NCBI RefSeq assembly: GCF_000002075.1 | Contig: NW_004798074.1 | Location: 84,598 to 148,597, forward strand | DNA from: Aplysia californica | Lineage: Eukaryota | Length of the DNA: 64,000 bases | Direction of reading: 5' to 3' | Part shown: positions 54,101-63,100 of the stretch, piece after piece | How positions within the stretch are numbered: the stretch's first letter is position 1 | Layout: every line of letters starts with the position of its first letter | Notes under the pieces: model-generated | The model's database searches: none | Told to the model about the DNA's origin: nothing | What the model saw: only the letters and a program-made list of their open reading frames with translations | Translations under genes and position numbers: made by a program

Positions 54101-57100
54101 TAACTTAACGTTGCACTGATTCTGACCTGAAATCATCGTCCACTCTCTTGAATCTCCCTTGTTCTTTAGGCAGGGCCCCGCGACCAAAGATGGGCTCCAG
54201 GTAGACCCACTTGCGCTGTATGAGGTTCAGGTTGTGAAGGTACTCGTCCAGGTCAGCCAAACGCTGCTCCCACACAGAGGCCTTGTCCTCAAAACTTTTG
54301 TAGTAGGGGGAGTCCTTAAGGGACTGCAGCAGGCATTGGTTGTCTCCCACCTGTATAGACACAGACAATGACACACATATGTACACATGATTTCACACAC
54401 ACACACACAAATGATGAGAGACTGCAGCATGCATTGGTTGCCTCTCACTTCCAGACACAAACAAACCATAACACACTGATGTACACACACAAAATAACTG
54501 ACACTCAAAAATATTCTCCACCACCCATTCTCCCATATCTGGGGCACCCACAAACATCTCCTTCATTCAATTTCCCATACCTAGTAAACACACAACACCC
54601 CCCCCCCCAACCCCCACACACACTCAAAATAAAGCTCCCTCACTCAATTTTCCATAGCTGGTACACATATACACAAAACTAGCACTCAAACATCCCCTTA
54701 ACTCAATCTCATATACAAAAAAAAAATCTTCGCCCAATCTACCATACTCTGTACTCACAAACAAATTAAAAACTCACACTCAAAAAAAATCTCCTTCATT
54801 CTATCTACATATCTGGTACACATACAACGCCCTCTCCCCCCCCCAAAAAAAAAAAAAACCCACAGAAAAAACTCACACTAAAAAAATAAATCCCTTTCAC
54901 TCAATCTCCCAAATCTGGTACACATATAAAAAAACAACAACTCACAAACACACACACACAAATCTTTATCCAGTCTCCCATACCTGGTTAACGAGATCCT
55001 TCCAGTCCTTGATGAGGTTCATCTTGTTCTTCCCACTGTCCTCGTACTCTGTGAGGGCAAACACAGCCCCAGCCCCCCACAACTCCAGCTCCCTGATGGC
55101 CTCACGGATAGTTACCTCCCCCTGGGCACGCTGGTTCAGTTCCTGGATGTAGAGAAACAGCGAGATAGAGAGGCAAATGTCTTTTCTTGTTGATATATGG
55201 CTTACTTAAATGAAGGGTTGTTTATAAAGGGTAAAAAGCTGGAGGGAGGGAGGGAGGGAGAAAGATGGAGAGGGAAGGAAATGGAGAAAGAGGGAAGGAG
55301 TGGGAGAGAGAGGGAGAGGGAGAGGNNNNNNNNNNNNNNNNNNNNNNNNNNNNNNNNNNNNNNNNNNNNNNNNNNNNNNNNNNNNNNNNNNNNNNNNNNN
55401 NNNNNNNNNNNNNNNNNNNNNNNNNNNNNNNNNNNNNNNNNNNNNNNNNNNNNNNNNNNNNNNNNNNNNNNNNNNNNNNNNNNNNNNNNNNNNNNNNNNN
55501 NNNNNNNNNNNNNNNNNNNNNNNNNNNNNNNNNNNNNNNNNNNNNNNNNNNNNNNNNNNNNNNNNNNNNNNNNNNNNNNNNNNNNNNNNNNNNNNNNNNN
55601 NNNNNNNNNNNNNNNNNNNNNNNNNNNNNNNNNNNNNNNNNNNNNNNNNNNNNNNNNNNNNNNNNNNNNNNNNNNNNNNNNNNNNNNNNNNNNNNNNNNN
55701 NNNNNNNNNNNNNNNNNNNNNNNNNNNNNNNNNNNNNNNNNNNNNNNNNNNNNNNNNNNNNNNNNNNNNNNNNNNNNNNNNNNNNNNNNNNNNNNNNNNN
55801 NNNNNNNNNNNNNNNNNNNNNNNNNNNNNNNNNNNNNNNNNNNNNNNNNNNNNNNNNNNNNNNNNNNNNNNNNNNNNNNNNNNNNNNNNNNNNNNNNNNN
55901 NNNNNNNNNNNNNNNNNNNNNNNNNNNNNNNNNNNNNNNNNNNNNNNNNNNNNNNNNNNNNNNNNNNNNNNNNNNNNNNNNNNNNNNNNNNNNNNNNNNN
56001 NNNNNNNNNNNNNNNNNNNNNNNNNNNNNNNNNNNNNNNNNNNNNNNNNNNNNNNNNNNNNNNNNNNNNNNNNNNNNNNNNNNNNNNNNNNNNNNNNNNN
56101 NNNNNNNNNNNNNNNNNNNNNNNNNNNNNNNNNNNNNNNNNNNNNNNNNNNNNNNNGGGGGGGGGGCGAAGGAGACACAAAACACACACAGATAATGCAA
56201 TACGAATATGATAATGAAGTTTAGCTATGGGATGATATGCACACAAACACATGATGATGAAATAAAAAGAGGATAAAATAACCAAAAACTTGTCCTATTG
56301 CTTGATCTGTCAAAAGAAAATCATAGAAGTCTCTTTCCTGGCTGTTCCAGCCATTTGTTACACTGCTTCAAACTGTTTTGGAAATTCTGAGGGGAAGGGG
56401 AGTGAGAGGCAGAGACACAGGTGCAACTTCCAATCTGAATGTCTAGAATACGAAAGAGTTTCTTCATGTATTTTTGTTCCTGATGAAGAAACCTTTTCTA
56501 TAGGAAGCACAGAGACATCCTCACCTTGTACGTCTCAATGTCTTTCTGTATCTTGACAGTCATTGTGGTGGTCTCCTTTGTCTTGATCTTCTCATACCAC
56601 CCTCCAAGAAATTCCTCAAACAAGTATGCCTTTGACCTGTGATACAACAGAAAACATTACACTATTACAGAACTTGTAGGGTGTGTGTAAAAACATTACT
56701 AGTATCTTCATGAAAAGAAAACAAAATTCTGTTATTTACGTTTAGTTTTCGTAAGACTTTTATGGCACTTGCAACACATTTTTAAGTCTGTTTAACGCAA
56801 AAGATTTAGAAGTATTACTACAGAGAAATATAAAAAGAAAAGAAGAAAAAAATAATGACAATAGGCATCAACAAAGGACTTGCCAAGGTAGAAAAAAGAA
56901 GGATAGAGAACAGGGATGTCAAAAGAATCAAAAAGTGTTGATTATAATTCAGCTGTTAGTTTGATATGATTGTCAATGACATATCAATGATAACAATCTT
57001 GTAACAGTCTGAAAATTAAGTCAAATTTCATTTTTGTCTGAAAAGATCACTTTGAAACAACTTGTATTATGTCTGAATATGGTGCAAGTTCCTCAACACA

Positions 57101-60100
57101 GTGAAAATTAAAAATGATATGTTGGACTAAAACGTGTATATCTATTTTCAGTGAATTCATACACTGTTTTCCTTAAAAGAAGTAGTTTCAGACTTACCCA
57201 GTTTGTGACTGTTATTCTGTAATACATTTCCTGATCGGTGTTGACATAATCTATTATCTGTGTTTGTCTGTGTCTGCTTTTATGTCCGTCTGAGAGTCTG
57301 TGTATGTCTGTGTTAACATGTCTATATGTCTGTGTTTGAGTACGGTTCTGGGTGTGTAAGTCTGTACGTGTGTAAATCTGTATATCTGTGCTTATGTATG
57401 TCTGTATATCTGTGCTTGTGTATGTCTGTGTGTGTGTGTGCAAATCTGTGTGTATGTGCACATGTGGGTGTCTATGTTTGTGTATGTGTGTGTTTGTATA
57501 AGCCTGTACACCGGTCTTTGTGTACGACTGTATGTCTGTAAGGAGCCATATGTCAGTAGATATTTCCGTAACCTCTGACCTGAAAGAGATCCAGTCCTCC
57601 TTGGCCAGCTCCTGCAGCCCTGTGTTGAACTCCTCATAGAGTGACCACATGTTCTCGTAGTGGGCCAGGTCATCCTTCAGCTCCTCCATGGACACAAAGT
57701 CCTGGTTCTCTATGTTGAAATGTGCACAATCTGACCTGGAGGGAGAAAGGGAAGGGGGATAGAGAGAGAATTGGGGTGAGGGGGGGGGGTTGANNNNNNN
57801 NNNNNNNNNNNNNNNNNNNNNNNNNNNNNNNNNNNNNNNNNNNNNNNNNNNNNNNNNNNNNNNNNNNNNNNNNNNNNNNNNNNNNNNNNNNNNNNNNNNN
57901 NNNNNNNNNNNNNNNNNNNNNNNNNNNNNNNNNNNNNNNNNNNNNNNNNNNNNNNNNNNNNNGGTGGAAGATAGAAAGAAGAAGAGGAGAGGGAGGGGGG
58001 GAGGAGTTTAGGATGGAGGAAAGGGTAGAAAGGTGAGGGGGGGAGGGAAGACAAGACACAGGGTGATACCACTGAAATCAAGAACAACCTCACACCGGAC
58101 TGAGAACCTCCCTCAACTTCACATGTATAAATGCCTGCCTCATCTATCTGTCCTATCTGTCTGCCCCATATTTATGTCCCATCTATCTGACCCATGTACT
58201 TACTGTAATTTCCCTATCGTCTCTTCCAGTTTCTCTCTCTTCACTTTAATGATGGGCCTGGCATTGTCACATCTGTGAGCACTATCTACCTACTTGTCCC
58301 GTCTATCTGCCCAAACAAATCTATCCTGTCCATCTGTCCTATTTACCTGTCCCATCAATCCGTTCCATATTTCTTGTTTTTCCTATCCATCTGCCACATC
58401 CATTAGCCCCATCTGTCAACCCGAACTATCTGTCCAATCTGTCAACCCCAACTATTTGCCTAATCTATTTGTCCCATCTGTCTACCCCACCTATTTTCCC
58501 CATCTATCTGACCCATGCACTCACTGCAATTTCTTCATGGTCTCCTCCAGTTCCTGGAACTCTTGTCTCTTCTCTTTAATGATGGCCACTGCCTTGTCAC
58601 ATGTGTCTTTGTCCCCCTCCAGGGCATCATCACCTGGCTTGAGCTGGTGCCAGCGGGCAGTGAACTTGTCCACTTCCTGTTCAAAGGCTTTGACCCGTGA
58701 CTGGACGTTGCTCTTCATAACTTCCACCTGGAAAGCAAAGAAGAATGGTGAGAAACTAACGGCTTCCTCAGTGCGTATGATGAGGATCAAATCCAGACCT
58801 TTCACATCACATTTGAGACTTGTCACGAATCAGTTATTTTCTTCCCTTTGCTTCTCCTGTGCACAATTTGAGTGTAGAGTGGCTTATCGACATGATGATG
58901 ATAGTGCATGGAAAAAGCAATACAGACAGACAGAAGCAACATAACGAAAGAAAAGATGGAGGACATACCAGAGGCATCTTCCAACCACCTGTTTCATACA
59001 CAGTGACCTAAGCCTAAGCTTTTCCATTTGCCAAGAATCCTGTCTCCATGAACTTACTTAACATGAACGAAACTGAACATTCTTTTTTGTTCGTATATAT
59101 TCAACAGGGAAGGAAATCACAGGTAATTTCTGAAAATATTTATGTAGAAAACAACCATTTAACGAATTATCACAGCAAAGAGCTTGGCTTTCAGCTTTTC
59201 TTTCTCCACATTGACACTTTGCACAACTACTTAAATGACATAGTTACCAACAACATGGACTAAAAATAGCAGCAACAACCATCACCACATCAAGACCAGT
59301 CATTCACTAGACCACACATCTATCTTCCCTCCAACCATCCACCAACCTGTTCCTTGACCACACACTGACCTGCTCCTTAACCACCCAATAACCTGTTCCG
59401 TAACTATCCACTAATCCATTCCTGAACCACCAATCAACTTGATCCTTAACTACCCACTAACCTGTTCCTTGACCATCAGCTGATGTGACTCCATCATGAT
59501 CTCAAACTTGTCCCATCGACTCTGTAGCTGTGTCAGCGAGTCCACTCCTCCCCCAGCCACCGAGCGCAAAAGTTTATTCTTGCTCTCAGCCTTCTCAAAC
59601 AGAGGCTTCACCTGAGGATTGGAGGGATTGGAAAAGTCTAAACCCCCATCGTTATAATTTATATCATTTCAAATACCGGCTGCGCTAGTCCTGCCCGTCA
59701 GGGGCTAACGTGGGCTGAATGTGATGCAGTGTTACAGTCGAAATTGTACAAGAAGACAACGTATTGTTGACGAGAAAGGCGACTGTCTTTGACATTGCAC
59801 ATTTGGACAGTGTCATTATAATATTTAAACAAAACACAAAGGGGGAAGTGGGAAGGGGTCATTTGTACAGATGATAGTGTTGGACAGGTGACTGTTAGAG
59901 CAGGTTCGACTGTATGTGATAAAATAACTTCCCAACTAGGGAGTACAGCTCTGTTCTTTCTAGTTAGCATTTGTAGTACAGATGTATAGAAATAAACCCC
60001 TATCAAAATTATAAGGTCATTTAAGAGGCAGGATCTGTGAATGTAATATCCATCTCTGGTAGGACCTTGCCAAGTGGATGGAGGGCCTTGAAAACTTCCC

Positions 60101-63100
60101 AAATAATTGAAGTTCAAGAACTGCCCATTGGGGATTGGACCAGGGTCATCCACACCAGCAGTGCAGCATGATACAACTGGGCTAATGGTGTGCATTTGTT
60201 GTAAAGTTTCTCGAGCACTGCAAATTTAAAAACATAGGCAATTTATATGGTATCTATTGTCAAATTGTTGATGAGGACCAGTAGCACTGTACCAAAATTT
60301 GTTTTATAATTCGGAATCAGAACAATTAAAATGGAATCCCACCAAAAAGACCCAAGATTAATGAATCAAACTGTATCAAAATAACAATTTTAAAAAGATG
60401 AAAAAAACTCAAACTTAACGTTTGACAAAATATCAGTAAGTTTATAATAAGGTAGAAATGCATAGGAACAAATGTATTTACTGTTTTTTTGGTAGCTCCA
60501 AACTCTGTGTGCTTGGCATTGGCCTCCCCTATCTCCTCCACAGTCTGTGGCCGCTGTGACAGTGTGTCCATGGCAGAGCTGACAAATGTGTCAATGTCAC
60601 TGACATCTCTGTTGATGGACTTACGCAGAGAGTTGAGGAGTGCGTCAAACAGTCTCTGGATGTGGTCGTCGATCACGGCCTTCACGGGGGTCGTGTTTAC
60701 TGTGATGCAGTCTACTTTGATTTGACTGAAGAGACAAAATCATAACTTTATGAACAATGCCCAAGAGGAATCTTTATGAAGAACCATATCCCTATATCAG
60801 GAAGACCCGAAAGTATTCTCTATGAACAATTATATAGCGAGCACTCTTTGACAGCAAATACATGTTGAGTATTCTAAAATAACAACTGGGTCAAGCGTAT
60901 TCTGTTATAAAATAACTTGGCCAAGGATATTCTATTATACATACTAGGCCAGGATATTCCATAATAATTACTATGACGGTATTCTGTAATAACACTAGGT
61001 CAACAGTATATTATAGTAACAAGTAGATTAGGAGTATTGAACAATGATAACTCGATTAAGAGTACTCTGTAATAATGCAGTCCATTTATTTCTTGGGGAC
61101 TTACTTGGCAATACCTGTCCCACCTATTCCACCACTCCCATCCCTTTCCTCCATCTTATAAGTATTCTGTACAAACAATAGGATCAAAAGAATTATCGAA
61201 TGTTACCTGGGCAGTTTCTCAGCATCCCGACCTCGGGCTTTGAGAGCACGGAAATTCTTCTCCCAGTCTGAGATCTGTACTAGGTTGTCCTGGACAAACT
61301 GATCCAGGTCAATGGCTCCCAGCACTACCCAGTCCTAGGAAAAGGGAGGGGCAAGGGGGACAAGGTGAGGAAAATATGCAGATGGGGAAATTGTTAAGAG
61401 TCGAGAAAATCACATTGACAAGATGACAATTATTTAGTGCAAAAAAAAAAGTAAGACAGACAGACAAAAGCAATAGATGGAAGGAAAAGGAATAAGACCT
61501 ACCAGTGGTACCCTCCTACCACATGCGGTTAAAAGAAATATGATCAGCAAAATACATGACAACCAAATAGGACATCTCTGATCTTGAATCAACTTTTTTA
61601 AGACTGTTATTTGACTTATCTTTCTTCTTCTTCTTCTCCTTCTCGATTTTCCTGTTGTTGTTGTTGTTCTTCTTCTTCTTCTTCTTTCTCTTCTCTACTT
61701 CTTATCTTCATTTTCTTCTTCCTCACAATATTAGGATTGCATAGCTATAGCTTCTTCTGCTATTGATATGCATGCACACACCTGATACCCAACTGAAACG
61801 TAGCATCCTTTAACATCATTTGTAAGAAGATATTTTTACCAATTTTCCTTTACCAGAGTTTTTTTTAACCTTTGGATAGAAACTGATTTCGAGTTCTTCC
61901 AGGGCAATTGACTCTAGCAGTCTTATTTTTCTTAAAATTGGAGTCACAAAAGACAGAAAGTCATCGCTAAATACAAACTACTTAATTTGAAGTGTACAAA
62001 AGGCTTTGTTCGTAGCCAGATTTGTCATCTAAGTTTTCAGTATCACAAACTTCCAAGTAACTCCACCCCTATTTAACCTATTTGCATAAAATATATACCA
62101 AACTGAGCAGAGATGATTGACCAGAGCAGTAAATATACAATTTGATTATTATAGATGAGATGAATTTTCTGATTTTTGACAGTTTTTTTATTTTTTAATG
62201 ACAGTAAGCAACTGAGCCAGCTGAACTGGCGCACTGTATAATAAGAGTTAATATCACAATTTATTTGACTGCCTCCTATAGAATCCAAATGATACTGTAT
62301 CCACAATGTTCAAAACAATTCCACTTCTTGACGAACAAGACAAACTTAACATGAGTATACCCAGGTCTACAGTAAAGAGAGTTCTCTGCCAGTACGTCCA
62401 CATGTAACCATCTTGTTCAGCTCTCAGTGCCCTCTGACCCTGTCCATGTACCAACTCACCTTGAACTGTTCCTCCACCGAGGCCAGACGAGTAAACAAGA
62501 TGTCTGCCTTCCGGTAGCATGTGACAAAGCTGCCAGCATTGCGGTCGATGATGGCAGTGAAAATGAGGTTGGAACCCCCGTCTCCAACGCCCTTGAAGTG
62601 GTTGGGGATGCTGATGAACTTTTTCATCTCACGGAAATATTTTGCCTTGATCTCTTCAAAAGGGGGACGGAACTGTAGACGTTGTTGTCTGAAGTGATGG
62701 ACAGATAAGACAATGGGATGAATAATATAGAGCCTGGATACAACAATCTGGTGGGACAGACAGATAGGAAAGTAGCATGAATCGCATACAGCCAGGGTAC
62801 AACAATTTGAATTATTTGTGAAAGGATTTTTTCTTGCTACAACAAGAAATTCCCTTTTTAGTGCCGCAATAATATGCACAATAAAGAAATAAAAATTGGT
62901 AAGTAAAGACGAGAGATTCTCTTCGTTAGTGCAGCAGTCAGAGGCACAGTAGCGAGAGAGAGAAAGAAAGAATTTAAGAGAACATAAGAGAAGATATTTG
63001 CGAGAAGCAGAATTGTCAGACAGAAATGGCTAGGTATCATGGGTAGCTTAATACTTTGCAGTCACACAGCCAGCAGTTCAAAATACCCCATCTGGTCACC

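Noticed and set aside
55197-56285. 300+ aa ORFs
   Set aside because: Almost entirely X from the assembly gap.
58294-58944. 216-aa plus-strand ORF and other ORFs antisense to dynein exons
   Set aside because: Shadow frames of real exons plus low-complexity repeats; no recognisable domain.
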